A DNA stretch of 63,916 nucleotides, filler included, from Dicyema japonicum (Eukaryota; Animalia; Dicyemida): assembly GCA_011109175.1 (NCBI GenBank). It is 10 parts of 10 records of this genome, joined end to end, with 100 filler letters (N's around TTAATTAATTAA, not from the genome) between each part and the next. Parts side by side here need not be neighbours in the genome. Positions count along the whole stretch, not along the records: positions 28,159 to 39,217 come from RDEW01000025.1; positions 39,318 to 47,534 come from RDEW01000015.1; positions 47,635 to 57,929 come from RDEW01000064.1; 7 more parts are not named here. One strand, 5' to 3'. Both the position numbers and the translations under genes were made by a program. How positions within the stretch are numbered: position 1 is the first letter of the stretch; every line of letters starts with the position of its first letter. The notes under the pieces are model-generated. The model saw only the letters and a list, made by a program, of their open reading frames with translations, ran no database searches and was not told the DNA's origin. Below, piece after piece: positions 36,246 to 49,939 of the stretch.

Positions 36246-37419
36246 ATGCGGTCAGAGATATTTGTTAATTAATTCATATGTAATTTATAAGAAACCTTCT
36301 ATAGTATATATTTCATTAACTTTAGGAATATGAATTATCAAAGTTAAAAAGAGATCTACTAATAGATGACTGGAAAACTTATGGAACGTATTTTTTTTTT
36401 CTATCTGATATAAAATTTACACTTATTCCAAAATTTTACAGTGAGTTTTATACTATTGACTTTATAACAGAAATTGATTATGGTACGCTTTTTGTTATAC
36501 TAAGGTGGTAAACGTTATACAAATATCACAGAGATTCCTAAAACTAGATATGGAGATTACTATCGATGTGGTTATACTCATATTAGTTTTTCAAAGAATT
36601 TATCTCTTACAATTTATTCAAACAAGTTGCAATATCAGTATAATGGTAGATTGTACTATTTTACTGGAAAAGGTTTTTATTAAAATTTATTTAGCTAATG
36701 ACTGTAACCCAAATAACGACCCAAATACCCCGATTTGGTTTTTATTTAACCAAAAGAAAATCAGAGCAGTAATAAGCGGAAATATCAAAATATCATATAT
36801 TGACAATAACAAAATTGTACACGTGGGCATTGATTCTTAGATAACAGATGAGCATTTCAGTGATTATGAATATAATATGATAACAAGTAAAGCTATTGAC
36901 TATAAATATATTGACTATAACTATGTATTGAATAGTGATCATACTACTATAACTATTACGGCGTTTAAACAATCTGAGAATAAATATCGTATTTATCAAT
37001 TTTCTGTTTGTGTTGGGTATAGAAGAACTAAATGTGTTTTACTTGAAAAACGATTTAAAAAAATTAAAATGGGAGGATATTATCAATGTGGATTCATCTC
37101 ACAAAACTATAAAAATGTGACTATCGAAATTTCATCTCTTAAATTACAATTTTTCCGCGATGATTCAAATTTTGAATTTATTGGAGACGGTAATAAATCC
37201 GACTGAATTTTAGATCAAGGATGCTTAGAAGAACCAACATCGCATAAAATAAAAGTCGCAAAAAAACTGACGAAACATCAAATAACTAGAATCGTGTGTG
37301 GAGTCGTCGGACTAGTGTTGTCATTGGTACTATTTATAATACTTACTGGCGTCATTGCTAATATTTATGTCAAAATGAAATCCCGTAAAGAATCACTCTT
37401 CACCAAACCATTCCTTTAG
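36246..37419 (+). CDS. LAMP-like type I membrane glycoprotein
   Basis: GGYYQC...VTIEISSLKLQFF...GC, then TM IVCGVVGLVLSLVLFIILTGVIANIYV and a short basic tail ending FTKPFL*; 5' exons uncertain. Confidence 0.5.
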
Positions 37420-37919
37420 TTAAGCTAATTATGATTCTTTTTTGGTTAAATTGGGTTAATGGTTTATATTTCTTAAAATATTCACTTGGCAATTTTCATG
37501 ATGCCAGCTGAGATCAGAGTGCTTGAATGGCAAGGCTGTTAACTCTTTCAATATCAATTAAGATACGTTCTCTGCTTGGTGACAGGCTTGTGACAGTTTG
37601 TCTATCGAGGATTCCTAATTGTTCTCACCTGAAATAATCAACCACCTAGAGGCGTATTATTTGCTTCCGTTTATTTTAATGTTCTCTGCTTGGTGACAGG
37701 CTTGTGACAGTTTGTCTATCTAGGATTCCTAATTGTTCTCACCTGAAATAATCAACCACCTAGAGGCGTATTATTTGCTTCCGTTTATTTTAATATGGGT
37801 GACTGTGTTTATGTGGAAAAAAACATTAATGGATTCAATTCACTCCCATATTCTTGGTTTTCCCTAAATGGTGATATTATCTCCATAAAGGTTTATTTCT
37901 ATCGTATCCTTTGTCTAGG

Positions 37920-38870
37920 TTGATTAAAATCGCTTCAAAGTCAGTCAAGCTTACAGATCAGCTATGTGTGACTAAAGTTCTTATTTGCAACATCAACGTA
38001 TCTGTTTCGAGTTACAATAATTAAATCGTCAGCATATGTTAGAAACTTTGAATCAGGCCGTTCAGCGCGGGGTAGGTAGATTAAAAATAAATTAAAAAAT
38101 GCCGGAGAAAGAGGCCATCCTTGAGAGAGACCATTCGAGTGAGGCTGCATATCTATTTTAATTTGCCTAAATCTAAACGACTTCCCCTTGGACTTCTTTA
38201 ACAAATATTAAATCTTTTTATTTGAAATCATTATTAAAAATACTACAAGAATTCCTTCACGACATTCAAATTTGGATAAATTATAACGAGGTTGATATAT
38301 TACTGAAAAATCTTCTTCGTCCTTATTTACCTCAGACAAACGACTTGGACAAATGACAGTGGATATATTTATCAACCAAACAAAAATACCTTTCATGAAG
38401 AATCTGAAAATTTTGGGGATTACCTTCGACACAAATATGTCCATTCATCTCACGTCGACGATGTCTCTGGAAGCACTCAAGAAAGCTAGGGATAATCGGT
38501 TGCAGTAAAACCCTTTTCCCAGCTTTGAAACTGTTGTACAAACAATTCATTGAGCCATATATCAGCTATGCCTGTACGTCATGGGAAATCAATCTGTCTT
38601 GGACGAACAAACAAAAAATCCGGGACATTCATTCTTTAACAGCTACTCTATTAGTAATCTCGAAAAACTAATACTCTCATCACCTGAAGACCTTATCCGA
38701 CAAAATGGAAAGGGATTTGCTACTCTTTGCAGGCAGTGCAACTCTCAACAATACACAGCCACGACGTGTCTTATGAGAAGGGTATACATCACCCCTCTCC
38801 AATTCCTAATTCCGAAACCACTCCGCCCACATAGAAGTTGTGTTGGATAATAGAAGTTGCGTTGGACGCA
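37920..38870. mobile_element. LINE RT fragments in both orientations
   Basis: Minus: GLSQGWPLSPAFF, YADD (37962-38204); plus: LKILGITFD, YKQFIEPYISYAC (38340-38700). Confidence 0.7.
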
Positions 38871-38998
38871 CGAAGAGAAATTGAGGCCTTCGAGATTATT
38901 TAATTAGTTCAGTAATTAAATTAATTATTGGTGTTCTTGGGTTAATAATAATATTAAATTTAAATTGTTTATAATTTTGGCGGTCCATATTAGTTCTT

Positions 38999-39217
38999 AT
39001 GGAGACATTTAATGGAGTCGTTCAAAAACTGGTAAAATTGTGACATCATTAGGCGTCACATATGATCAATGTTGATATCATCGAAATTTACGACAATTCT
39101 GTTTACAATCGGATTTTTAGACTAATCAAAGGTGATTTCGTTGAGAACAGCAAATCAATGGAAGATTATCTAATAAATGAAGTCTTCAATGATTACGAGG
39201 AGGACATTTACTACCTC
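38999..39217 (+). CDS. 5' end of an unknown host gene, running into a gap
   Basis: METFNGVVQKL|ASHMINVDIIEIY... joined across a 21-nt GT-AG intron (39032-39052). Confidence 0.4.
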
Positions 39218-41844
39218 NNNNNNNNNNNNNNNNNNNNNNNNNNNNNNNNNNNNNNNNNNNNTTAATTAATTAANNNNNNNNNNNNNNNNNNNNNNNNNNN
39301 NNNNNNNNNNNNNNNNNAAACTTAATTTGGTTAATTTGTTCTAATATTTCGTTTTTTATTAAATAACCTGTTTTTATCCAGTTTTATGTTAGCCTCTTAC
39401 AAACCATAAATTAGCAGATTATTTAGCACTTTCAAGTGAGCTATCGTACTTATAGCCCCACATGTTCTGCCTTAGTCATAAAATTAAATGTAGTCTTTTC
39501 CAGTATTGTTAGGTCAGTAATCCAGGTCACCTCCTTTTTATATTTTACTTTTCTATGTTTTAGATAATTATTTAGCACAACTAGCAGACTTAATCTTGGC
39601 TTTTCAGGTAGCAGCTCTCTTGGCGAATATTCTAGCTTTCCGTGGGTACATTTGTTGAAAGGTACAAATTACTATAATTGCGTATTTTCTCTGATATTTT
39701 TTTTTGTGTTTTTTGCACTTTTGTTTAACTAACAATAACAAGATCAATAGGACAAACAAAAGTCATGTTTTATTTAGGTTATTAGAAGAACTTGAAAAAG
39801 GACTTTTAAAGATATTCAGCCACTTGACCAGTTAGTCAAGAGGTTGACTGACTGATTGGTCGAGATGATGAAGTTCCTCAGATACAGTATGACATACAAT
39901 AATGTCCTAATCACTTCAATGTGACTGTCACCTCTCCTTCTTCGTAGAATTAGGAGACACATATGCGTAAAGTTTAAAATTAAAAGGATTGGATAAAGCG
40001 ATTTTAGATTTCGGAACCCGTGTAAAAACAACCTTTATATGTTTTTCTCATTTTTAACCTCTCCTCTGAAAACATATAGCTTTACCATGTGCTGAAGATA
40101 TTCTCAATTGGATTGAGAAATGATGAGAAAGGGTAATGAAACATGAAGCATTTTTATTTCAATCAATTCTTTAATTTCCGTAATGACAATAGAGGCATAG
40201 TAAACCCTCGAAAATTGGCTATTTTTTGGTTTCTAAGAATTTTGTGGACAACTTGTAAAAAATGAAATCAACAATGTTGAAGAGCAATTTTTAGAAAATC
40301 TCTTAAGTGGACAAAAAAATTTAAGTTTTATTAAAATAATATTGAAAAAACGACTAAGAGTTAACGTCTGATTAAATCACTTCGTTATCACTGCTTAACA
40401 GCTTCTTGGGAACACCAAACTTTCTTCCTTGCACATTTTTGGGTTTACTTATCATTTTAAATTTTGCGGTTTATTTTTAAAGTTTACTCTCTTGAATACA
40501 TATTGGAATTCATATAGTTATATTGATCTGGAAAATGAAGCTAACAGTCGAGAAATCTTATATTTTGAGTAACGATAAGCAAGAATTCATTTAAATGACA
40601 TAAGCTTCATTTTTTTGATTTTTTAGTGATGTCTTTAGAGTATTCTTGGGTATTAAAACGTATTTTCAGATATAATTTAATTTTCAAAAATTCATTTAAA
40701 TGACATAAGCTTCATTTTTTTGATTTTTTAGTGATGTCTTTAGAGTATTCTTGGGTATTAAAACGTATTTTCAGATATAATTTAATTTTTGATTAAATTG
40801 TCATAATTAGCTTAGTTTACCCCGTAACTGTCAAAACCTCACAGATTCTTAGATCTATCACTACATATTGAGCCATAATTTTTCTACGCATGTGCCTCAT
40901 AGGGTGCCTCGATCTCTGAAGCTAGAAATGATCTACAGACATAAAGAACATGATGCCGAAACTTTTGGAGATCCTAATCAGAAGGAATAACAGATAATGA
41001 TGTTTAATATTTTATGCCAGTTATAACCAAGCGAGTGAGAGACACTCTCATGATCGAGAAGCAAACGTTTTGTAAGAAACAGTGACTCGTTCTTGATTCT
41101 CCATTGAATAAAATCTGGTTGGTTAAAGAGAGACACTCTCATGATCGAGAAGCAAACGTTTTGTAAGAAACAGTGACTCGTTCTTGATTCTCCATTGAAT
41201 AAAATCTGGTTGGTTAAAGTGGGAGTTATTCTACCGGGAAATTTGAAAGAATCGTTCCGGATCAATGTTCACCAAAATTCACAGCTCCGTAACTCTAAAA
41301 ACCCTCTTATGCATTTCATCGATCTTTTTCATATTCGATTAAGATATATAACGTCCCCACGAAGCGCATTCATATGAGCCCTTGCCTTCTTTTTTTAGTG
41401 AACAAGGAGAAAGCGTTGGGCTCAAGAAGACATAGGAAATCCAAGTTATATAAGAAAGAAGTGTCGGATATACACAAGAATCTCGAATCTCGTTTAGCAA
41501 AAAATCAAATGAACTTAAAAAATCATCTGAGAAAAGCAGCACACATAGGAAGCACGTTCAAATAATTCTACCTACATTGAATTAAATTCAAAATAAAAGC
41601 CAAAATCCACTAAATTTAAAAATTTATAAAAAAAANNNNNNNNNNNNNNNNNNNNNNNNNNNNNNNNNNNNNNNNNNNNNNNNNNNNNNNNNNNNNNNNN
41701 NNNNNNNNNNNNNNNNNNNNNNNNNNNNNNNNNNNNNNNNNNNNNNNNNNNTACATTGAATTAAATTCAAAATAAAAGCCAAAATCCACTAAATTTAAAA
41801 AATTTATAAAAAAAATAGTTATTGATCAATTAAAGACTAAAAGA

Positions 41845-42570
41845 TTAAATAAACAAATCAACCCCCTCAGTCTTGTTCTTCCTAGGAAAATTGATTCCAC
41901 CTCTTCCTGTCATTAAGAATAACCAAAAACCGTAGGAAGATGAAATTTTGGAAACCAGAGCCGCAACTGAGTCTACAATCAACGAAGGGTTAAAAATGGA
42001 GACCTCGCAGAACCTCACTGAGTAAAAGCACAAATAAACGTTTCATGGAAGTAGCCCATCTGGAAATATTAGAAGTCATCAGTTTACGCTTATCTTCCAA
42101 ATCCAGCTTGGTCCCCACAATCAAAATTGGAGGAAGCTAAGAATCNAACCGTAGGAAGATGAAATTTTGGAAACCAGAGCCGCAACTGAGTCTACAATCA
42201 ACGAAGGGTTAAAAATGGAGACCTCGCAGAACCTCACTGAGTAAAAGCACAAATAAACGTTTCATGGAAGTAGCCCATCTGGAAATATTAGAAGTCATCA
42301 GTTTACGCTTATCTTCCAAATCCAGCTTGGTCCCCACAATCAAAATTGGAGGAAGCTCAGAATTTGAGAAAAAATTACATCTTTTTTGGCGTTCCTGGAC
42401 CGTTCACCTATTCGGTCAAGAATTCTTTGAAGGAGATGGAATGAATCCGCCTGTGTGATGTCGTAGACAAGCAGGTACGCCTATAACTAAGGTAGTAGTA
42501 TCACATCAGCGGCGTAAATATACTGACGGGAGAGTTCGATGTTTTTTTCAGACTATTTCGGATTAAGAAA
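41845..42570 (-). CDS. NKIRAS1: kappaB-Ras (NF-kB inhibitor-interacting Ras-like) small GTPase, 5'-partial
   Basis: ELSRQYIYAAD|AYLLVYDITQADSF...ILIVGTKLDLEDKR...WATSMK..VRFCEVS...LVSKIS...FPRKNK resembles the NKIRAS C-terminal half; 41927-42145 duplicated across n42146. Confidence 0.7.
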
Positions 42571-43017
42571 ANNNNNNNNNNNNNNNNNNNNNNNNNNNNN
42601 NNNNNNNNNNNNNNNNNNNNNNNNNNNNNNNNNNNNNNNNNNNNNNNNNNNNNNNNNNNNNNNNNNNNNNNNNNNNNNNNNNNNNNNNNNNNNNNNNNNN
42701 NNNNNNNNNNNNNNNNNNNNNNNNNNNNNNNNNNNNNNNNNNNNNNNNNNNNNNNNNNNNNNNNNNNNNNNNNNNNNNNNNNNNNNNNNNNNNNNNNNNN
42801 NNNNNNNNNNNNNNNNNNNNNNNNNNNNNNNNNNNNNNNNNNNNNNNNNNNNNNNNNNNNNNNNNNNNNNNNNNNNNNNNNNNNNNNNNNNNNNNNNNNN
42901 NNNNNNNNNNNNNNNNNNNNNNNNNNNNNNNNNNNNNNNNNNNNNNNNNNNNNNNNNNNNNNNNNNNNNNNNNNNNNNNNNNNNNNNNNNNNNNNNNNNN
43001 NNNNNNNNNNNNNNNNC

Positions 43018-43900
43018 CAAAAGACAATACCAGTATCAATTTCTCGGATTTCGAGTCTACCACGCCACTAAAACTCATCTTGGTTCCTTCGTGCAATATA
43101 TTGAGGATGGTTTCAACTCTATCAGACAATATAAACGAACAGTCCTTGTATAACTGATGTTAACCGGGCATTCGATTTGATATCAAGAAAAATCTTTAAA
43201 TATATTGAGCAGGTATATTCACCTGAAAATTTACATTGGTTTTTCAAAATACTGAAAGAAGATGAGGCCAAGTGAAGTGTGGCCAAATGGAATCAAAGAC
43301 AGTCATAGAGTACCTCAAGGTTCTCCCCTCTGACCAATATTTATTCACGTAATGTCATAACCTAAAAATGAAAATAGTATCAAACTCTATTATGAAGATG
43401 ACTTCATTATCACTGCTAGGAACAGAGATTTTGGGGTCATACAAGAAATACTTCATACTCTGACCCCATAGTTTGCTCAACCATAGCATTAGATTTCGCC
43501 AACCAATTCGTTTGTAACACTGTTTACCACGTGTAAAANCATAACCTAAAAATGAAAATAGTATTAAACTCTATTATGAAGATGACTTCATTATCACTGC
43601 TAGGAACAGAGATTTTGGGGTCATACAAGAAATACTTCACACTCTGACCCCATAGTTTGCTCAACCATAGCTTTAGATTTCCGCCAACCAATTCGTTTGT
43701 AACACTGTTTACCACGTGTAAAAACGAAACAATGTAAGTCAAAAAATTGTTTTATAACGATATGATTATTCCAGTAAATAGCGCCAAACATCCTGCGTGT
43801 CATGTTTGACCAGGGACTCTCTTTTTCCAAAAATGCAGGAAATCGGGTGACAGCATCAATTAAGTAAAAAAATCTTAATAATCGTAGCAAAGGCTTTAGG
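43018..43900 (+). mobile_element. Heavily decayed LINE RT
   Basis: QFLGFRVYHATKTHL, DVNRAFD, VPQGSPL and YEDD remnants. Confidence 0.7.
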
Positions 43901-44955
43901 AAAGAATGTTGGAGCTTTGATCACCGGAGAGAAATGATTGTTTCCATTTGGAAACCTAAATTTGTCTAAACGATGCAGGATTTCCATTTCACTGATCAGA
44001 CAGTTGTCAAATCCTTCATGAGTTAATGTCGGCTCAACGGGAAAACATCGAACTATGTTGACGATTCAGCTGTGACGCGCTGGGATCAGTTATCTAGTTC
44101 TGATCTTTACTTGTATTCTTTAGAATAGATTTATTTATTCAAAATAAATTTTCCGAGTCATTCAAAAAGTACCTCTGAGAAATGCGAATCGGGATCGCTT
44201 AATCAATTAGTTACCTCATACTCTTTCTCAGTGTTCCTGAAGTTTAGTAAATTAAAATCACGACATCACTTTAATTGAATGATAGAAGATAGGGAACAGA
44301 ANTCGCTTAATCAATTGGATACCTCATACTCTTTCTCAGTGTTCCTAAAGTTTAGTAAATAAAAATCACGACATCATTTTAATTGAATGATAGAATATAG
44401 GGAACAGAAGATTTTAAGAGGAACCCAATGCCAAGTAGCCAGTTGAAGTAATCAAACTTGGGAGTAATTGCTATACATCCTAACATCTAAGCTACTTGTC
44501 GAATGTTTGATGGCAGTCGTAACTTTTCAGTAATCCATTTATTTATTCTCGGTCCCTTCAAGTAAAGGAAACCGATGGCTAACAAAAACGTAACTTGCAT
44601 TACGGGTGCTCCAAGAAAACAAAAAAACACAAAATGTTGATCAAAACATGAAATCTGTTCTGTCGTCATAAAGTGCACATGAAGGGAAATTTTGGCTACT
44701 TTGCCTGCCTGCTCTTGTTTAGGTATGCGTTGAGACCAACGTGGAGACCGCAGAGGAAGAGCGCCAAGTTCACCCAAATATCACAAAGACATCGATATCC
44801 GATAAAGGGTGACCAAGAAACTTGTTTAATCCGTCATCCATTTAGACTGATAAATTAAAATCAAATTTAATCTCTTTCCTGTCAGTCTTTACTTATGAAA
44901 AAAATAAGAATATAAATGAAATTTAATTTAAAAATATTAAATCTCGCTAAAAAGT

Positions 44956-45394
44956 TTATCTGCAACTTCTGAGAAAGTCATTTCCAAATCTATGGCTTAT
45001 GAGAACTCAAAACCTGTAGAGTTCCCTGTTGTTTCTAAATTTCGTTTTTTTAGTTTTCGAAAAGCAGCTGGTATCTACTTTATTGATGAATCCAATCATT
45101 AGAAAAGAATTCAGTAGTTTGAGTACTTTTGGCCTAGTAATGCTTAAAAATGAATATACTTTGTAATTTCTTTAAAACTTTCGGAATTTTCATTTAAATA
45201 TAGCAGAGCAGCTTTAACGGCATCTTTCGCACGGAAGCATTGCTTGTACTTGACAAGATTTCGTCTTCGATCTTTTAGTTGGACATTGTCCTTTAAGGCT
45301 TTGACTATCGCAAAACTCTAAAATATTAAATTTTGGTTAAAACATTAGTCGACGAGGAATATTCACTCACTGTGAATTTGCAACTTGATTCCAT
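44956..45394 (-). CDS. DEP-domain-only protein (DEPDC1/4/7-like), 123 aa, three introns (26, 17, 24 nt)
   Basis: Spliced: MESSCKF...IVKALKDNVQLKDRRRNLVKYKQCFRAKDAV...NITRPKVLKLLNSFLMIGFI...FRNNRELYRF...*; introns 45318-45343, 45143-45159, 44990-45013. Confidence 0.8.
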
Positions 45395-47634
45395 CTCAAA
45401 ATTTTACGAAATAGCGGAGAAGTCTTTATATACGAGATTGGAATTGCCGTAATTTGGGAGTTCCTGCGATCGATAATTAATGAATATCGTTACTATAATT
45501 GATTTGATTTAACTGAAAGTAAATTGAGTACAATTGTGGAGTAAATAATATTCAATTTGTGTATTTTTTGCTAATACTATTATTATCAGATTATCGTATT
45601 TAACAAGTTTATAAGACTTACAGGAAGTAATTTTGTTGACTTCCTTAGGGCAAGATGCCACAAATATGTTTAGTAGGGTTTGCTATAATTAAGTTACACA
45701 ATTTGACATGATTGTAAAACAACCTGATTATATGAATGTTTCTCGTACCACTAACTTCAAACAAGATGTCGACAGATGAGATTTATCAGCCATCATTTGA
45801 ATTTTTCTTATTTATTTACTCCCGGTCCCTTTTTGTGAAAGAAACCGGTGACTAACAATATATAAATGTGTCTCGTGCCACTAACTTCAAACAAGATGTC
45901 GACAGATGAGATTTATCAGCCATCATTTGAATTTTTCTTATTTATTTACTCCCGGTCCCTTTTTATGAAAGAAACTGGTGACTAACAATAACATCACATC
46001 CAGAGAGGACCCAACTTTTTTCCTTTCCAAACAAAATAGTTATCTTAGTAGTAGAGGATGAATTTTTCTTATTTGTTTAGAACCCAAGGGTTTTTCTTAT
46101 TTATTTAGAACCCAAGGATAAAACAAGAAAGAAAGACAAAAAAACGTCATACAGTTAGGTAATCCCAATTCCTGTAATCAATGCAGCTATCCAACATTAT
46201 TCCCACTACCTACGAAAGTGCCTTCTCACATCTCTGCAGAATAATCCAATTGGAAGTAAACTTTTTAACCAATCAGTTTTCTTTTGCCTTGGAAATCGAC
46301 AGGCGAAGCGAGTTTCAAACCTCCTAATGGACCAGAAAAAATTACGGGTCGTTTCTTTTGTGAGTAGGGGAACCTGTTCATCCAATATGAATGCCTATCA
46401 TAGAATTATTCTTAGAAAGTTTTAAATGGTCCACAAATAAGCAAACGTAAAAAATAAAAATTTAATTTCTCTGAATAAAATCGACAATGGTTAATGTAGA
46501 ATTAAGTTTCCTATAGTCAGGAAAGCATCAATCTAAGCATTAATCTTGGGTTCGATCCCTACGTGTCTCTTCCATTCCTCTGTTCTTTATTTTGTTTAAC
46601 TAGAGCAGCGTCATCCACCTAGTGCAGCTATGTGGCAGGANCTAAGCGGGTTTCAAACCTCCTAATGGAACAGAAAAAATTACGGGTCGTTTTTTCCGTG
46701 AGTAGGGGAACCTGTTAATCCAATATGATGCCCATCATATAATTTTTCTTAGTAAGTTTTAAATGGTCCACAAATAAGCAAACGTAAAAAATAAAAATTT
46801 AATTTCTCTGAATAAAATTGACATTAGTTAATGTAGAATTAAGTTTCCTATAGTCAGGAAAGCATCAATCGAAGTATTAATCTTGGGTTCGATCCCTACG
46901 TGTCTCTTCCATTTCTCTGTTCTTTATTTTATTATCTAGAGCAGCGTCATCCACCTAGTGCAGCTATGTGGCAGGAAAAGACAAAAAAAGATTGGTAGCG
47001 TTTTACCAATCCACTAAAGTGGTTCCCAAAACTGCAAGTACTGCACGTTTTTTTTTTTACCTGCAAGTTCTGGAGAGACTTGTGTGATAGTGGGAGCTTT
47101 CCACTGGGTACATTTATGTTGTGGTTAAGTATTAACCTCATTCTCAGTTTACCCAGGATTAATAAATAAATTAATTTTTTTTTAAAAAAGCAGACATGAA
47201 TGTCTTTGCTACTACGTTGAACAGTAAAATAGCAGTAAAGTAAGTAAAGATCGATAATAACTCAATTATTTAAGAAGTAATCAACGGAGATTAATATTAA
47301 TAACTCTTGATACATAAAGAAAGTTAATAATCAAAAACTAATTAAGTGTATCCAGTTTCTTTGTCACAGAAATTGTCCATTTAATTAGAAGTTCACCCAG
47401 AAACAGCATAAAAGGTTGAAGATGTCCATTCCTGCACATATTGAAACCCCTCTAGTGGAATAGGGGGGAACAAGTAAAAGTGAAAGCTCTTATGTATTTA
47501 TTTATTTAACACCCAAGACCACGGTAAAAACCATNNNNNNNNNNNNNNNNNNNNNNNNNNNNNNNNNNNNNNNNNNNNTTAATTAATTAANNNNNNNNNN
47601 NNNNNNNNNNNNNNNNNNNNNNNNNNNNNNNNNN

Positions 47635-48665
47635 TGGTGAATATAGCTGGCAACAATAAGGAGACCAAAATGCCAAAATCCAACAAGAAGAAGTCGACGA
47701 TAGTCTCCAAGACAGATATCACTGAGCTAAACAGAATTCTTCCTGAGAGAAAGCCTAAACCAAACATGGCAGAGATCTTCGATATTTGGTCTTCCCAAGG
47801 CCACAATGACAAAACACGTGTCCACGAAAAACCTGATCTTCTTAAGCAGGTACAAACGTGTTTTCACGTGTAGAATTTACCACATCCGGGATTTTCCTAC
47901 AACCCTGAGCCAGAACTCCACCAGGATTTACTCTGGGCTGCCCGCGTGGCTATAAAGAATGATGAGGATGAGAAGGATTTGGCTCAAAAGATTTATAATG
48001 AGGGGTTTAACATACCAAAGGAATTACTAGAGGTTATTACCCACGTGGGTTATCTATCTAGAAGCGGGAGGAAGAGATGATGTTGAGTGGGCTGGGAGAG
48101 GACGAGAAAGTTCCCAAGGAGACTGAGATGGTTGTAGAAGACGTCATACGGAAGTCCTTTCGACGGGAGAAGAAGACACGATCTCAAATAAACGCAAAAA
48201 AGCGAAATTTGATGAAGGTCTCGGTCCCTGGTTAATTTTAGGAGAGAATGAGACTCCGTGAGTGTCTCAACTCGAAAAGGGACAAACAGTTCCGGAATTT
48301 GAATGATATCTGTAAGAAATTGGACGACGAGGATAAAAGGATTGGGGAAAATAAGGAGCTGACATCAAAGAGGCGAGCTGCTGTTAAATCGAGGACTAAG
48401 AGGTTAGCGAGGCTCAAATTCCGTGAACCCCTTCCGTTGGATGTTAAACCGAGTGATGAACTACCATCATCACTGACTAAACTGGCGGTAACTGATGATT
48501 ATTATTACAGCCTGAGGGGAGTCTGTTGAAGGAACATTACGTGGGCTTTCAGAAGAGGAATCTGATATGTCCGTCGAGGAAGTTGAGGTAGATGGGGTTA
48601 TTGTTTGTAGTCGTAAGAAGACTAAGTATAGAGAAGTTGTTAGAAGGAGTTTGAGATATTTGTGA
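47635..48665 (+). CDS. NOP53: Ribosome biogenesis protein NOP53 (GLTSCR2/PICT1), 5'-partial
   Basis: PHPGFSYNPEPELHQDLL, RLARLKFREP, ELPSSLTKL|PEGSLLKEHYVGFQKRNLICP; 23-29 nt introns. Confidence 0.88.
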
Positions 48666-49429
48666 GTTTTTAATACTTTGTGTTGAGTTGGCTGTTTTTG
48701 TAAATGCTAAGTTGTTAAATAGGCATTTCTTCTTGAAAATGTTTTGAGAATGGGAAAGTTATGCTTTATAATTAATCTTCCCCCCGCCCCCATATACAAT
48801 AAGTCCTCTCTAATCAGTCATCCAATGCCAAAATACTTTTTCTAACTAGCTTATTTTTGACATTATCGGAAAGTTCCTGAATTCGTCGATAAACCGTATT
48901 ATTGACAATGAAACAAAATCCAGTTTTTTAGCGATTTCTCCCTTAAAGAAACTCCACGAGCTTTCTAAAATTTATATACTTAACCATTGTTCGCTATCAG
49001 ATAACTCACATAATAAAATAACTTTAAAATTAAAAAGATGGTCTGGTCTATTTTAGATTATTGTCTAGCAAAATTTAGTAGAGATGATTTACATTTTGGA
49101 CTTGTTGAATTTATTTTGAAAAAATCCTTATTTTTGAGACGTGGATGCTTCATTGACAAATGTTTCGAAAACTTTGATGGTGTTTGTCATTATTTGATTG
49201 CATATTCATTCTGCCGTTTCCGGTATATCTTCCTTTTTCAAATTCATATTATAGATAACATTATTTTATTTGCTTTTTATTAAAAATAATAAATAAGGCG
49301 ATTTTTGTCAATAAAGTCAAAAATTCATATGTTCTTTAAAATTATTTAAAACTTATAAAAATGTGATTTTAAATAAAAAAATATTCTATAAATCAAAAGT
49401 TATAAAGTCAAAAAAAGTCAAAATATAAC

Positions 49430-49820
49430 TTTTTTGCCGAACGATCCATCGAGGCAACGTGACTGGGATAATATCTTCGACATGCTGAGGTCTGAGGCCA
49501 AACAGCATCGTCTTGCATGCCATGTGTTCGCCGCCAACCATGGGAGCGGAGCGTGGCAGGATGCACTCCCGTGTTCCTCCCTGGGGACCCTTTTGGACGA
49601 TGACTGTATTCTGATTGGGATCACCCCTGGGAGTTGATGTTTGCGTCGAATACCAATGTTGATGTGGAGGGATCGTCGATGCCAAAAGGCTGCACCCGCT
49701 CTTGTGCAAAAGGAGAGCGAGCAGAGCACCCCGCCAAGAAAGACGTGCGGGAAGCGGTCTGGCTGAGGCAACGAATTAATATCGCAGTTGTCCGCGGAAA
49801 CGCTTACTCATGATGTCAGC
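49430..49820 (+). mobile_element. CRE-like retrotransposon fragment, internally deleted
   Basis: HGSGAWQDALPCSSLGTLLDD and QRINIAVVRGN are CRE post-RT and REL motifs. Confidence 0.7.
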
Positions 49821-49939
49821 AGCCGCTCTCCCCCATAGTTAATAAATAATATTTTATTGTTAATAGATTTTTCGTTTAGTAAAGTCAAAAATTTTATCGA
49901 TTTTATTTATTAATTTTTCGAGTTTTTGAATAAATTGCA

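Noticed and set aside
46540-46905. GGTTCGATCCC B-box motifs
   Set aside because: No convincing A box or cloverleaf; the second copy is an n-joined duplicate.
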